Of a stretch of DNA of 64,000 nt, positions 26,695-41,101 are shown in pieces (positions within the stretch are counted from its first letter, which is position 1; every line of letters starts with the position of its first letter). Source of the stretch: Octopus vulgaris. Lineage: Eukaryota. The notes beneath the pieces are model-generated. The model worked only from the letters and a program-made list of their open reading frames with translations. It made no database searches and was not told the DNA's origin. The DNA is taken from the NCBI GenBank assembly GCA_951406725.2, contig OX597820.1, positions 125,984,001 to 126,048,000 of the forward strand, written 5' to 3'. A program made the position numbers and the translations under genes.

Positions 26695-26997
26695 TTATCT
26701 ATGTATATATGTATGTGTGCGTTTCTGTCTGTCTCTCTGTGTCTGCAATTTATGCACTTTATGTGTTAGCGCACACCTGAAATGATATAAATTTATTTCG
26801 TGTCGTGCATTCATTTCATATGTTGCAAATCAGGATGTCCGAGGAAGTTAACGAACAGTAATGTTATTACATATGTCACATTTATGGCATGCATCGCCTA
26901 ACTTTGTAAGAGTTATGAATTAAAGAACTATAGTTTATGGAAACGTTTGTAACATCAATTTGACATCTCTTTTTCCCAATTTAAGTAATTGCATATA

Positions 26998-28262
26998 CTA
27001 GCTGGACCCGTGCAAAATTCACGAAAACATAAAAAGTGTATGCATCTGTAAACAGTGTACTGGAACCATTTTGTAGATTATGACCTTCTGTCCTTATGTT
27101 CTGAGTTCACATTTTTGCGAGATTGACTTTCGTCCTTTCGGAGTATCAGATGTGTACTGGGGTTGATCTAGCCAACTGGCCCCTTCTCCACAAAAGAAGC
27201 AGGCCTAGAAAAGTATATTGTGACAGTTACAGAATATAGAAAGTAACACCAATGAATATATAATCCATCCAAAGTATCTCAGTTACACAAACGTAAACAG
27301 AATTACTGCTTTACCTTAAAATACATCGTACTTATTCAAAGAAGGAAATAATAAACAGAGTTATGAATGAAAGTTTGGTAATTGCGTTTATCTCCACCAC
27401 GAGACACATTATTGCAAACATGTTTTAAGTAGCCTAAACTATATACACACACAAATACATTCATATGTATATAATATATATATATGTCTCGATTTGTAGC
27501 TGTAATTCAAAGGGGCCAGCCTTGTCATATTCTACGTAAAGGCTGAATCTCCCTTAGAACTACGTTAATGTTATGCATGTCTGTGGAGTACTCAGTAATT
27601 TGTGAGTTAATTTTATCCTCGTGTGGTAATGAAAAGTGAAACCGACATCCAATATTTGCTGTGTGTATGCATCTATGTATGAACCTTTCTTTGGATTTAT
27701 GTATCTACTGTCACACTCACTTTCTCTTTTTCTCTTTGACTTCCTTTGTGTCCCTCTTCCCTCACGCTTTTGATTTAACAATGTGTATATGTATCTATGT
27801 ATCTACTTCTCTTGCGATGTGATAAACATTTAAAAACACAAAACGAACACCGTCACCACTCAATGTCTCTTTCTCTCTCTCCACTCTCTCTCTCTCTCTC
27901 TCTCTCTTTCTCACTCTTTCTCTCTTGCGTCACCTGTGAAACATTTAAAAGCCAAACTCGCTGTCTCTTTCAATCTTTCTCTCTCTTTCTCTCTTACTTC
28001 CTCTTTGAGACATTTCAAAGCACAAAACGAACGCTGACACCACTCACTGTCTCTTTCACTCTCTCTCTCTTTCACTCTCACTCCCACACTTTTTCTCTCA
28101 CTCTCACTTTCTCTCTCTCCTACTTCCTCTCTGTCCTCCTGTCTCTCTCTTACTTCCTCTCTGTCCTGCTCTCTCTCCCACTTTGCCATTTCTTTGAAGT
28201 AAGTGTGACGCACACAACATGTACGTACAAAAACAAAAAGTTAGCTTATTAATATTATTGAT
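26998..28262 (-). mobile_element. Possible Helitron-like non-autonomous element with nested SINE fragments and CT-rich interior
   Basis: Minus-strand 3' end cgtgaattttgcacg hairpin + ccagCTAG|T at 26998-27023. The 5' boundary is only inferred. Confidence 0.4.
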
Positions 28263-28399
28263 ATAAAATATGAACACAATTTAGCTCACATTTTATTTAC
28301 ATAAAAATGATGGCGAATACAGAAAATTAAAGTTATGGAAAAATGTTTAATATATTTGAAGAAAATTCTTTTATGACAAATTTATGAAAAATTACAGAG

Positions 28400-29980
28400 C
28401 GTTTTCAGATTGATAATTCACTACTAGATTTATTAGCCGGGCATCAATCATTTGATTGGATTTTTTTTTTGGGGGGTCGATTCCCCACGATTAAGTGCAT
28501 TGCAAAGTTTCCACAAATATGGATGTGCGGATGCTATGGATGACCGCAAAGCATTGTGGGACCCTTTTTTCCGAATTATTTGCTCTTCGCAAGTCATTTA
28601 AAACGCGGTCGAGTATATTCCAGAGTTGGATAGGAAACTATGGGGTTTCTCTTTGTCGTCGAAGACCGCATCCCCTTTCAGTCCCACTGTCTGAATTCTC
28701 AAAATAAGGGATAAACTCAGAAGGGGTTCTTTCATCGTCAGATTAATCTTCAATTGCATTAAGAACATATTCAATTGGTAAAAATGCTATAGCAAAAGCA
28801 CTTAATTTTAAGCTGAAAACTTCCATCCGTGTTGTGTCTCCTACTCTCACCAAGTGCACTTGTCATTCTCCAAATAGACTGTCCGAGTTGAAAACAACGC
28901 ACCCAACTACTTCTAAATGCAGAAATACAGAAACAAATGATTTATGGAGAGCTTTTTCAAAGTCCATGAGACGGATCGCAGGCCGACAATTTGCCCTTAA
29001 ATCCCGCACAACGAACAGAACATGATGATATGAAGCTTCTTTTTCGTGAGGAAGTAATGCAAATAACCTGGGCACACATGACTCTCCAATGATGATATGA
29101 AACGTGAACATCTGATACCACAAACTAGGAGACGCCTTAAAAGTCCCATCGCAGGCCCAATTTTCAGAGTTTTCTAGATCATCCAAGCCTTTTTCTGAGC
29201 AAAAAACTAAAATGCTGTCTGCTTCATGAATGCCAAAGAAAAGGACTCGTTTTCTAATTACTTAACTGCATCAGGAATTTCAAACCTTAAATGACAAGAT
29301 GGAAGTACTAGTATTCCTAAAGCATGCTGCCGCCAGTTATGTATGCTACGTGAAATCCAGGAATAGTTTGCAGCAATGATCGTGCTTCCTCATCGAGACT
29401 TTGTACAGCAGAAGCTATTACTTACCATGAAAGTACTGTGCCCGTTCTCATTTCTTCACTTGTCATTTAATTAACTGCCTTTCGGACATTAACGTGTGCA
29501 CTACTTGCTGAGTGATTATGAGTGCCCGTTTAAAAAATAACTTCTGTTATACTGGAGTTGAAAGTCGTATATCGTTTAGCCCGGCAACCTTTGTAAAAAC
29601 GTTCATAACCCCAATATATTCTTGTTTTGTTTTGCTACTGTTGACTGCATTATTTTCGTATATATGATTCTCTTCGTCACAAAGCTCACGTTTGTTAATT
29701 GATGTTGTAAATGTTGCCATGGTTGAGCGTTTCAATGTTCAAAGTTAAACTGACTATTAAAAAAATTAGCAGTACAGTGAAATTCAGTTAAAAAAATGAG
29801 TAACAATGGCATAAAACTATACCTTAACTAACGCCTAAATAATTGAGAAGTGTGTAACAAGGGCATGTGTAATTAGTTTTCTATAGACCGTTTACTGTAA
29901 TTGAATTTATTTCAGTGGAATACACCGCAATGAATTTCACCTATAGCGAGACTTTCTGAGTGGAAATTACCGGTCACGAT
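28400..29980 (-). mobile_element. Mutator-like (MULE) transposase pseudogene
   Basis: WACDGTFKASPSLWYQMFTFH...PRLFALLP.EKEASY...IRLMDFEKAL...VVGC is the MULE domain. Upstream THNH is zinc-finger-like. Frameshifts and stops are present. Confidence 0.88.
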
Positions 29981-30007
29981 ATATATATATATTTCCAAGT
30001 AAGTCTA

Positions 30008-30063
<56 letters not shown>

Positions 30064-30293
30064 AATAGTTTCGCGTAAACCATGGTCCGTTTTGTTCTCT
30101 TACTTTATTATCATCTAATAATCATCTCATAATAATGACTTTTATGACTCGTATTACTACCTCAGTCAATCTAAATGTATATATTTGTCGTTACCTGACA
30201 TAAATAGCCTTTTTTTATCTGCAGTGTGCATTTTCGTTGATTTTTCATATTTTACCTTTACATTTCCACGTGTATTTTATATTTTATTTTCGT

Positions 30294-30341
<48 letters not shown>

Positions 30342-30351
30342 CATAATTAGG

Positions 30352-31312
30352 ATAAAAATCATCATTTCGCACGTATTCACAGATTAGAATTCAAGCGCCT
30401 ACTTTAACCATAAATTTATCAGTGGCCAGCATTCTAAGACTACCATAATGTTTAATTATTAATAGTTATTCCCAAGCTAATATGGTAGTCCATGAATATA
30501 GGACGAAATCTGCCGTTGATTAGCTCCAAACGGCCATCGCTCTAGCTATATGACACACGAGTCTGTGTCCATTATAACCTGAACAGAGGAGGTCAGACTA
30601 CGGCAGCGGTACTGTGTCATACGTCATATAACTAGCTAGAGGCGATGGCCTCTTGGGGCTAATCAAGGGCAGCTTTCTTCCTATATGTATAGTCTACCAT
30701 ATTAGCTTGGCAATGACTATTAATATACAGTACCGCTGCCGTAGTCTCCTTTAGAGAGACTTAGAAATAATAATGTTTCCATAATGTTTCATTTATATTA
30801 AAATTATAATAAGAGTGTTGAATGATTACAAAACTAGTCTGCTAGAAATAGACCTCGAATGGTCTATGAACCACTTAGATTTTTACTCCACTACATAAGA
30901 GAGGAAAATAGACAGCGAGGATTTATAAAATAATTTGGATAATCCCAAAACCCTTTCCAATAATCAGTTAGCACATCGGTGTAAATAAGCACATAGTTGA
31001 AATAAGCGCTTGGATTTTAATTCGAAATACGTGCGAAATGCACGTTATTTGTGCTTATGGCGGTATGTATAAAGTATTTTTCATTTGTTTACGTTCGATA
31101 TGTCGCCACTAATGATCGGAAAGGGTTTTTAATAACTCATACCATGAAATCTACAGATTTGGGACTATTCAAATTATTTTATAGATCATCGCTGTATATT
31201 TTCGTCGCTTACAACCTTGTGTAGTGGAGTAAAAATTTAAGTGATTTATAGACAATTTGGGGTCTATTTCTAGACCAGACTGGTGTTGTAGTCATTCAAC
31301 AACCTTATTATA
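30352..31312. mobile_element. Cluster of overlapping fold-back/inverted repeats
   Basis: IR pairs 30461-30554/30623-30721, 30595-30615/30727-30747, 30805-30988/31085-31312 and 30363-30410/30995-31040. Confidence 0.85.
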
Positions 31313-31533
31313 CTTATATATATATATATAAATAATTACTTACATTGTGAAAGAGACGGCAAATAGATGTTACAAACACCATATATCATTATTATATATA
31401 CATAATTGTGAAGGGTGAGCAAAAGATAGCCATATTTCATTGTGCAAATGAGGGTTTGATAATTACTGAAATATAGTAAGAGGAAACGCACGATGTGTGT
31501 GTTTATGTGTAAGTACCTATATACATCTCTCTC

Positions 31534-31613
<80 letters not shown>

Positions 31614-32942
31614 TGTGTTTGTGTGTGTATGTGTGTGTGTTTGTGTGTGTATGTGTGTGTATGTGTGTGTGTGTGTGTTTCAATTATAATAAGAAATAAT
31701 TTTTTTTCTATCAGTGGCCAGCATATAAAAATAGACCGACTACGGTTAAAACGTATTTATAATTAGAATTAAGGCCATACAATAAATATTTAAAGCTTCT
31801 ATGCTGAAGACAGAAGCTAAATAGTCTTACCACTTTAGAAATCACAAAAGCACACGCGCTGAAAGCGAGGGAGCAAACCAACGGAAGTTAATAGCAAAAC
31901 AAATATCCCTGGATTAGCTAATTTCTGGTCCTGTCCCATGGTTTTACCTCATCCGTAGAACATACATACAAGAAATAAATGAGACATTTATTCATACCTA
32001 CAAGAAAGCAAACTCGAAGCCACAACTACACATAAATACCTCAGATACCTCCAAGAACAAATTTCGCAGCTTACCTCAGCATCTGCATTCGCTCGTAGTA
32101 GCAGTATATTTTGTAAACGTTTACTGCATCGGTTTCTCCTTTTACGTGTGAGAGTTTGCAGTGTCGCATTGCCTATGTATCCGTTATTAAATAAGGAAAG
32201 GAAGGGCTACAACTGAGTTTAGAGGAAACTGATGAGAGTCTGCGTTAACAAACAATCGATTATGGGAGAGTCGATGCAAGAGTCCTATTAATTAAGGAGC
32301 TGTGAGAAAATTCTGAATGTTTGGGTTCTTGCCTTTTGTCTGAGAACGGTCCAGTAACTTGACCAACACAGTGTAGTTCCTTCCGAAAATTCCAAATCGG
32401 ATCTCGAACTACACCTCAAAACATGATACTCAATAAACTAAGCAACTTTGAGCTGTAGATTATTTTTCACTTGTTTTTTTTCCCTCAGTTCGAATCCAAG
32501 AAAAAACATTAAAATGGATGAAATAAAATTTTAAGAATCCTCTTCAACTTTTCTGCTGATATTTCTTATTTTTTATTTTCTTATAAAACAGTTAAATTCA
32601 ATTAATTTATTGACAAAGATATGTCCTCTGCTTCAAGAATTATTTGTATTGTTCTCTCCAATCATTATAATATTTATCATAGTCGAATAAACCTTCGTTC
32701 CACACACATCACTGGTAATATCAGCCAAATGGCTGCTGTTATGTTGAGTCATTTGTATTCAGAAATCAATTCGATAGAATCTATTGTTTATAGTATTTAC
32801 TAAGATTTCCAACCTTTCAAAACAACATTGCTCTTACGTAAAAAGAGACTTTAACTTAATGAAAGAACACCCCATTTGAAATATACGAAGACAGGTTGTA
32901 CATGCACAAAATTAAATATACATATACATACATATACATTCC

Positions 32943-33140
32943 TTTACGCTTTTACTCGTTTCAGTCATTTGACTGTAGCCATGCTGGAGCACCGCTTTAA
33001 AGGTTTTTTAGTCGAGGAAATAGAGCCCAAAACGGATCCTTTGTAAGCCTAGTTCATATTCTATCGGTCTCTTTTGCCGAACCGCTACGTTACGGGGCCG
33101 TAAACATATCAACATCGGTCCTCAAGCGATGGTGGGGAGG
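32943..33140 (-). mobile_element. SINE 3' domain copy
   Basis: cagtcatttgactgtagccatgctggagcaccgc...ctcttttgccgaaccgcta.gttacgggg...aagcgatggtgggg. Confidence 0.8.
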
Positions 33141-33335
33141 GAACAAAAATAATTACGAAGAAACATACACATAAATACATACACACACACATATATTTGA
33201 AAAAAAAGATCTATACAAAACAAATTTTCATATATATATAAAAGATGGAGTTGCAACGATCACAGAAGTAAATCTAAGACTTTTCTACTGTCAGAAGGAA
33301 TTTAATGAAAATGATTATTTTAAATTATATAAAGG

Positions 33336-33380
33336 AAATATAACCGGTTTCGATGATGAATCTCATCTTATCAAATATCC
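33336..33380 (-). ncRNA. Degenerate minimal type I hammerhead motif
   Basis: Minus strand: ggatat-TTGATAA-gatga(gattca)tcatc-GAA-ACCGGT-T-atattt. All stems are intact, with two transitions in CUGAUGA. Confidence 0.6.
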
Positions 33381-34347
33381 GTAATAATTTATTAGAATTT
33401 GAAGTAAAAACTGTTTATCTTCTTTCTGGGGGTCAAGACAATACCTGGAGACTTTTCGTTGAAGTCTTCTTTATATATAGTATTTTGTATAGAGTTCAAA
33501 GTGTTAGAGTAAGAGAAGGGATGTAGTTGTCTATTGTCTCAAAGAAATCTTAGTGTGTTCCTGCCAAAGAAGTGGCTAAAAAGCATTTATCGAATGGATT
33601 TTATGTCCACCAGGATGTAAGTGGTTGTGTGTGAATATGTGGATGTTGTGTTGAATGGCCTTTCAATATGTTTGGAATGTGACCAGCTGTGTGTTGATAG
33701 GTGTGAATGTTGTCATGAATGTATTGTTCAAGACAGAGTTAGGATTTTCCTTTCAGTTAGATTATATTTTGAGTGACCCCCACCTGTGCGTATATGTGTG
33801 GTTACCAACTGTGTGCATGTGTATGCGTTTGTGTTCGTGTGAGTGTATGTATGGGTGTGTTTGAGCGTGTGTGTTTTTGCGATATTTACTTTTGTGCGTT
33901 TGTGTACGGGTGTGTTTGTGTGTGTGCGTGTGTGCTTTGTGATGTTTTCGTTTTTACGTATGTGTGTATATGTGTGTTTGTGCGTGTGTGTGCAGGTATG
34001 TATATATTCAGATTTTTGGAAATGATGGGAAATATGTTTCAAAACGACAATATGTATAAAATTGTTTTTAAATCTCTGTTTTTATTTATTGGTTGGCTGT
34101 GGTTCGGTCTATATTTAATTGTGGTTCATACTTGTTAATAAATTGCCTTAATGTAGCCTTTGTTGTTGCTTGAATGAATCTGAGCACTTTTAATGAGAAA
34201 TATTTTGAAATTTTGTATGACCATTCCTTCACAGACTTAAAGAAATTTTCGTTGTGTTATTTTCTCGGATTTGTTGGCGATACGTCGTCATTCTGTTGCG
34301 TAACGATCCGCCCGTCTGACATATATCTATATCTATCTATCTATCTA

Positions 34348-34383
<36 letters not shown>

Positions 34384-35009
34384 TAGGTGTTCACGATGTT
34401 GTTAATGCGGCTGATGAAAGCAACATCAAACTTGTTAGTGACGAAGTTGCGCTCATAGAAAATATTATTTGACAAAATATAATCGAGTTCTTGTTTCAAC
34501 TCTTTCAAAGCGCTCCTGTATCGCATATTGCAATATATGAGCTCTATTCATGTCTATGACGCAATATAGAATCCATTTCCAACAAAGTATCTTCCTTCAT
34601 TTTATCTCCCATTTTATAATAATGAATATGACAGTGGATTATATTAAAATAATCTTATTTTGAAGCTGATTTTTGTTTCTATTCCGAGTGATGTTTACAT
34701 AGAGATTCCATTAAGATATGACACGACAATCGTATTTTATATTATAAATAGTAATTCACAACCCTGGTTATAAATAGTGGGTTTTTATATGAAAACACAT
34801 AAAAGTGTGTACATGCTTTATACGCATATGTATGTGTGCGTATGTGTGTGTGTGTGTGTGTGCATGTATGCGTGTGCGTGCGATTGTTATTCTTGGTAAT
34901 CTATTACTGTCGATTGTTCATCAGTTTTCACTTACGTGTATCCCTATGTGGCATAATGTCAATGCAGACCCAGCGCCATAAAAACCAAGATAAACAAGAA
35001 AACAGTACC

Positions 35010-35114
<105 letters not shown>

Positions 35115-35504
35115 GAGAGTGTTCTTGAAGTAGATGTCAACGATGTTGATAATGCGGCTGATGTCGCCCATTTTAAGTATATAATCAATAGGAAAATAGT
35201 AATATAATAAGGATATTCAATACTTATATTATTATTATATATTTTCATATATTTTATATTTCATTTCTCGGAATGTTGAAGTAAATTAAATAAAAATATA
35301 TTCTTTGTTCCGCTTCTGTTCTTATCAGCGTCAAACTAAAATACACACACACGCACGCACATACATGCACACAGTACGCATTTATATGTTTAAATATATA
35401 TGCATAAAGACACACATACATGTATATCTATATATATGTATATAGATATATGCGTGTATGTGTATCTGTGATTGTATGTATACATTTGTATATATGCAAA
35501 TATA

Positions 35505-35582
<78 letters not shown>

Positions 35583-36300
35583 GTTGTACATATATATATA
35601 TATATATGGAATGTACGTGTGTGTAATATACACACGTTCAAACGCACATATTTGCATCTGTTTTATGCCTAAAAACATTACATAGATACATATCTAAATA
35701 CATACTTTATGTATGCATAAATATATATGTATGTACGTACATTCATTCACACATACATACAAACACACACTCACACACACACAACTCACACAAATACATA
35801 CATGCATATTTTTTATACGTACTTACCTGATGTGTGTTTATTGTAAGTAGGTTACAGAATCTTAATATATTTCATATCGAATTAACCAAAACTTAGATAA
35901 ATTTTTCACGTTCGTAGATCGAAGTAAAAATGCTAGAAATAACTTGGTGTTTCCAGTATTTCGTCTTAGATTCCTTTTCCAGAACATTTTGAGAATCGGT
36001 GTATATATTTGCCAGCAGAGTCATCTGATTAAGAAATATGCCATGTGAAAGTTATCATACGAGTCCTGATTTTACATGCTTACGCAACAACTTGGTCGTC
36101 TTCCTTTCGCTGCGAATTGTCGAAATGTGAATAAATTATTGTACTTCTCTGTGAATGAGTCGTAAACTACTCTGAAGTCCAGTGTATGTATGTATGTATG
36201 TGCGAATGTATGCAGATATGTATGTATGCATGCATTTATGCATGTATGTATTTATGTATACATGTACGCATGAATGTGTGTAGCTATCTACATATTTATT

Positions 36301-36344
<44 letters not shown>

Positions 36345-36419
36345 CAGATAGATAGATAGATAGACCTACAGATATATATACATATATACACATAAACACA
36401 CACACATACACACACACAT

Positions 36420-36495
<76 letters not shown>

Positions 36496-37264
36496 ATGTA
36501 CAATTATAGATATATGAATGTGTATGTGGGTATGTATTTATATGTATTGACAGACATTTGTGTGCGTTAGCGCATGTGTGGTATGTCACTTCCGTAACAT
36601 TGTCTACTTTTATTGACATAAATCTTGTAGTTTACAAGCATGCAGTGTATGATGTTAAGAAACATCAAAGCCATTAAGTGAACAAAAAATATACTCGAAT
36701 ATACGCACATATTTTTATGTTTGTGCTTGTGTGTGTGTGTATATTTTTGGAGTGCGCCATTGTCTCTCTGCCCATATGTACGTAAGATGTTTCTATGTAT
36801 ACATGTATGTAAGCAAATGCATACGTTGTTTCTCAATGAGATTGGCCGAATGCAAGGCCCTCCTCAAAATTTCAAGCATAGATATCGCTTGACATTTTAA
36901 CGTCACTATTAACATCTCTGTTATCTGATGCATACTATTTTAAACTGTAGACGAAAAAAGCAATCACATTGAAAAATGTCATGATGGAATGAAGGCTTAT
37001 GCCAGCGCGGGTTGTAAGCTCTCAAAAGAAATAGCGCAGGAATTGTTAGCACGTTCCTCGAATGCTTAGTGGCATTACGTACGTTTTTACATTCTGAGTC
37101 CATTCGGTCACCGATGAAATAAGTACCAGTTACGCACAGGCAGTTAACGTAATGTTACGCGTCATATAAAACTGATTATTTTCAGAAATATAAAACATTT
37201 ATTCTAATTCATGGATTTATTCTAATTGAGTACTTTCAGAATATTTAATGTTCATAACTACAGC

Positions 37265-37475
37265 AAAGTAGCGAGCTAGCAGAAGCGTTAGCAAGTCTGG
37301 CTTATCGGTATTTCGTTTGTCTTTACGTTCTGAGTTCAAATTCCGCTGACGTCGACTTTGCCTTTAATCCTTTCGGGGTTGATAAATTAAGTACCAGTTG
37401 CGTACTGGGGTCGATCTAAACGACTAGCCCACTCCTCCAAAATTTAGGGCCTTGTGTGTAGAGTAGAAAATAATA
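37265..37475 (+). mobile_element. tRNA-derived SINE, same family as 12398-12630
   Basis: gcgagctagcagaagcgttagc...gttctgagttcaaattccgctgacgtcgactttgcctttaatcctttcgggg. Confidence 0.88.
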
Positions 37476-38199
37476 TTCATAACTACAGTGAAACATACGT
37501 ATATGATGTAACCACCCTTTTCGATTTGCACACTTCAGATACCCGACGATACGCCATCGTAGGTTCTTTTGAATGAGACAGAAACATCTCTGACACAGCC
37601 AATCATTCTTACTGTTTTCATACATAACATAAAGGGAGACACACACACACACACAGACACACACACACATACACACACACACATACACACACACACTCAA
37701 CACTTCCCTGCTTCAGTTAGGCTCTCTCACACACGGCACCACACACCTTTTTGTTTTATTATACATAAGTACTATCAGAAATATTTCCATATTCCCTGTG
37801 ATCAACTCGTAAAGTTACTGACAGATTCAAGAAATGGAAAGACTACGTTCTTGCAGAGTAAAGAGTAAGAACAGAACATTTAAAGTCGAGCATTTAGAGG
37901 GGCCACGACATTAACATCACATTGATATAACTAGCATGGAAGGCAGAGAACGAAGGAGTAGAAATTGGCTCTAAATCATTTTTGTCATTAGTTTTTTTTC
38001 TTTATTTTGATAAACTGGATCTTCATATTATCATTCCTTCATCTTCGCCATTATCAATATCATCGTCGTCGTCGTCATTATCGTCATTGACATCATCATC
38101 ATCATCCTCATCATCATCATCATCATCATCTTCATCATCATTGCATTTTCAACAGTTTTATGTAAGTTATTCATGGGTCAAACCGTGCAGTCCTATGTT

Positions 38200-38495
38200 T
38201 CGTAAGTATAGAGATGTGTCTACCGTACATTTTCTTCTTTTGTGGTGTTTTTTCTTTGTTGTCGTTTACCCTGCTAATATTTACAGTCTTAATTTAGTGT
38301 TTCCTTTTGGTTCTTTTAGCGTAGCAGTGTATGTCCAATGCGGAATATGAGATATGTTCCTATTTTGTGGAGGTGGTGATAGTGTAGAATAACTTGACTC
38401 TTTGCTTTCGATCTCATTAAAAATTCAACGAACATTTTGTTCTCTACCTTTGTACACAAACACACAGATGTGTGTGTATGTGTGTGTGTATGTGT

Positions 38496-38527
<32 letters not shown>

Positions 38528-39400
38528 TTGTGTGTGTGTGTCTTTTGGCTTTCCACGCTTTTTTTCTTACTTTTAGATGTTCTTATATGCGAGGTTCCTT
38601 TATGGCTACTTTTGTTACTGCATAGATTACTTGATTCATTCTGGTGATATTGATGTTCACATCTGTTTCCAGTATGTCTATGACGGCTCAATTTAGTATT
38701 TGTATTGTAGTTGTTGTTATTTTATCATAAAGATTTATCTTTGGTCCAAAGGAAGTTCTATCGATTTTAATTCTTTGACTATTTCCAGCTTCAGATTACT
38801 GTCATATTCGAAATTTTCAATTTTAGATATTCCTACCCCCTTAGATCTTTTCCTTGTTCAACAGAATTCATTTTTTTTCTTTGGCTTGTTTGGAGGTTTT
38901 TTTCTGTATTTTGGGATGGCTTTTCTTAATCGATAACCTGCAGGTATGCTGGGGTTTGATGTTTCTCTGTTTTGTTATTTCCCGTCTGTTGCGAAATTAT
39001 TCTTTTTTTTATACTCGCGGATTTTATATTCTCAATATTTATTATTATAAAGACTATTTGGTTTTTGTGAATAATATTTTTGGCATATTTGTTTATTGAC
39101 TGTATTTTATTACGTAATTTCCTATCGGGTTGAATTTTTGTTGTTTGCACGAAATATTTTTGTCTTGAACTATGTAATAATGCCTTAAGTTAACGAGTCT
39201 GTTGAAATCCGATGTTACTTCTACATAAAAGTTGTTCCTTTACAAATATTACACGCCTCTTTTGTTTTGGTTGCGTTGTGTGTCCCGGTTGTGAGTTCAA
39301 ACTGCATCCGGTAACGAAACTCTAGGTCGGGAATTCCAAGGTTTGGGGAGAGTGAAACAAATTCTTAGCCATTATTATTCCCAGGTCGTCTCTAACTCGG
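38200..39400 (-). mobile_element. Decayed R4/Dong-like LINE, N-terminal ORF region
   Basis: Minus strand NITRMNQVIYAVTKV...KKAWK resembles the pre-RT motif ITE-x-N-x-LIYAAA...PWK of this clade. Heavily disrupted. Confidence 0.5.
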
Positions 39401-39849
39401 AGTATCAGCACATATCAAGGTCCTAGCTATGGATCAAGTGCAATATTAAAGCGTACCTTCTTATGAATGCAAAAACTGGATCAGATGGACTGTGCGGGAA
39501 AAGCCTCCATGGTTCAATGGAGAGGAAGGTGGCTGCAATAACGCATTGTAGAGTGTAGAGACCAAGATGTGGCAAGTCATGTTGTCCAGGTACAGCACAG
39601 GTCACCATCCCCAGTCTCTTGACCAGGTGTTGGCATTGGATTCAATATGATTACGAGCGAAGGAGTGAGGTTTTCGGCGAACAACACTTGCCTTTAAATA
39701 AAGTCGCCGCCGCGTAAATCATCGGGCATGCTTAAGGATGACGAAATGCTCCTCATTGCTCCGATAAACGAACTTGATAGGATAGTCGCGTTTTAGTTTT
39801 TGCTTTTTTTTAGTCTAAATCAGTAAATCACGACAATGACTATGAATTT

Positions 39850-40372
39850 TGAAGGGCTTTTGAGACTTGATCGATTAAATGCATTGATTAAATTCACAAC
39901 GAAATTTTGCTTCGAATGCTTGCAACAATTACTCTTGCTATTTCTTACTTCCCGCATCCCTCTATTGCTTCAGATGTTGTAGTATACAGTTCAACTGCCC
40001 AAGTGACATGTAAGGTACATTTAGTTTTCTTCATGTTTTGTACATATTAGTTTTCTGTTGTTTTCTGGTAGGTATTTTTGTAGCCATACGGCAGATGTTT
40101 GGAAACAGGTCTCTAATTGCAGAAAATCTTTACTTGCTTGTGATCTGATCGTAACAAATATGTTTCTGTGTAAAATTTAGAGTATTGTGTTTCAAATGCC
40201 ATCATTATTTTCTAGTTTTCTATCAAATCTTGCTCATTCGCGTAGATTGAAGTTGATAGCATAATGACTATAGGTTATTAGTGGATCAGCTGCAATGTTA
40301 ATACATCTCAGTTGACGTTTAGCATTTATGTTTGTTTTATATAGTTATCTTATACGTTTGAAATGCTCCTGC
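39850..40372 (-). mobile_element. Decayed R4/Dong-like LINE, RT thumb region
   Basis: Minus strand QEHFKRIR*LYKTNINAKRQLRCINIAADPLITYS...FDRK matches KEY-x-RR-x-R-x-ILK...AIN-x-x-A-x-P-x-ITYS...LDRK. Confidence 0.7.
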
Positions 40373-40404
40373 CTAAACCTTATGTCTTGAAGTATATCTA
40401 CTTA

Positions 40405-40437
<33 letters not shown>

Positions 40438-40452
40438 GATATAGATAGATAT

Positions 40453-40484
<32 letters not shown>

Positions 40485-40546
40485 GTAAGTAGGTAGGTAG
40501 ACAGACAGACAGACAGACAGACAGATAGATAGACAGACAGACAGAC

Positions 40547-40659
<113 letters not shown>

Positions 40660-41035
40660 TGTATGTATGTATTTCCAATGGTCAAATTTCCGTCTACCGA
40701 ATTATTTCATTAAAAGGCTTTGGATGACTTCCAGCTATGTTAGAAGAATGTTCCCCAAAGTTCAGCGCAGTGGGATTGAAAGCAGAGCTATGGAATTCGA
40801 AAGCGAACTTCATGACGAGATGGCCATATGCCCAGACAAATAGCCTTCAAACTCATATGGCCGTACAACACATGAAACGCATATATACAGAAATACACAA
40901 AGATATTGCGCACTTCAAATAGATGTCTCTAAACTAAAAACGGACACATATTCTAATACATACGAAGACACACCGTCGCACACACACACACATATATACA
41001 TATACATATATATATATATATACATATATACATAT

Positions 41036-41101
<66 letters not shown>

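Noticed and set aside
30805-31312. Apparent excess of G-U-compatible differences between arms (selection on + strand RNA)
   Set aside because: By hand count the bias weakens toward the inner arm, and the numbers are too small to claim.
32229-32280. CTGATGA motif
   Set aside because: No compatible stems or GAAAC.
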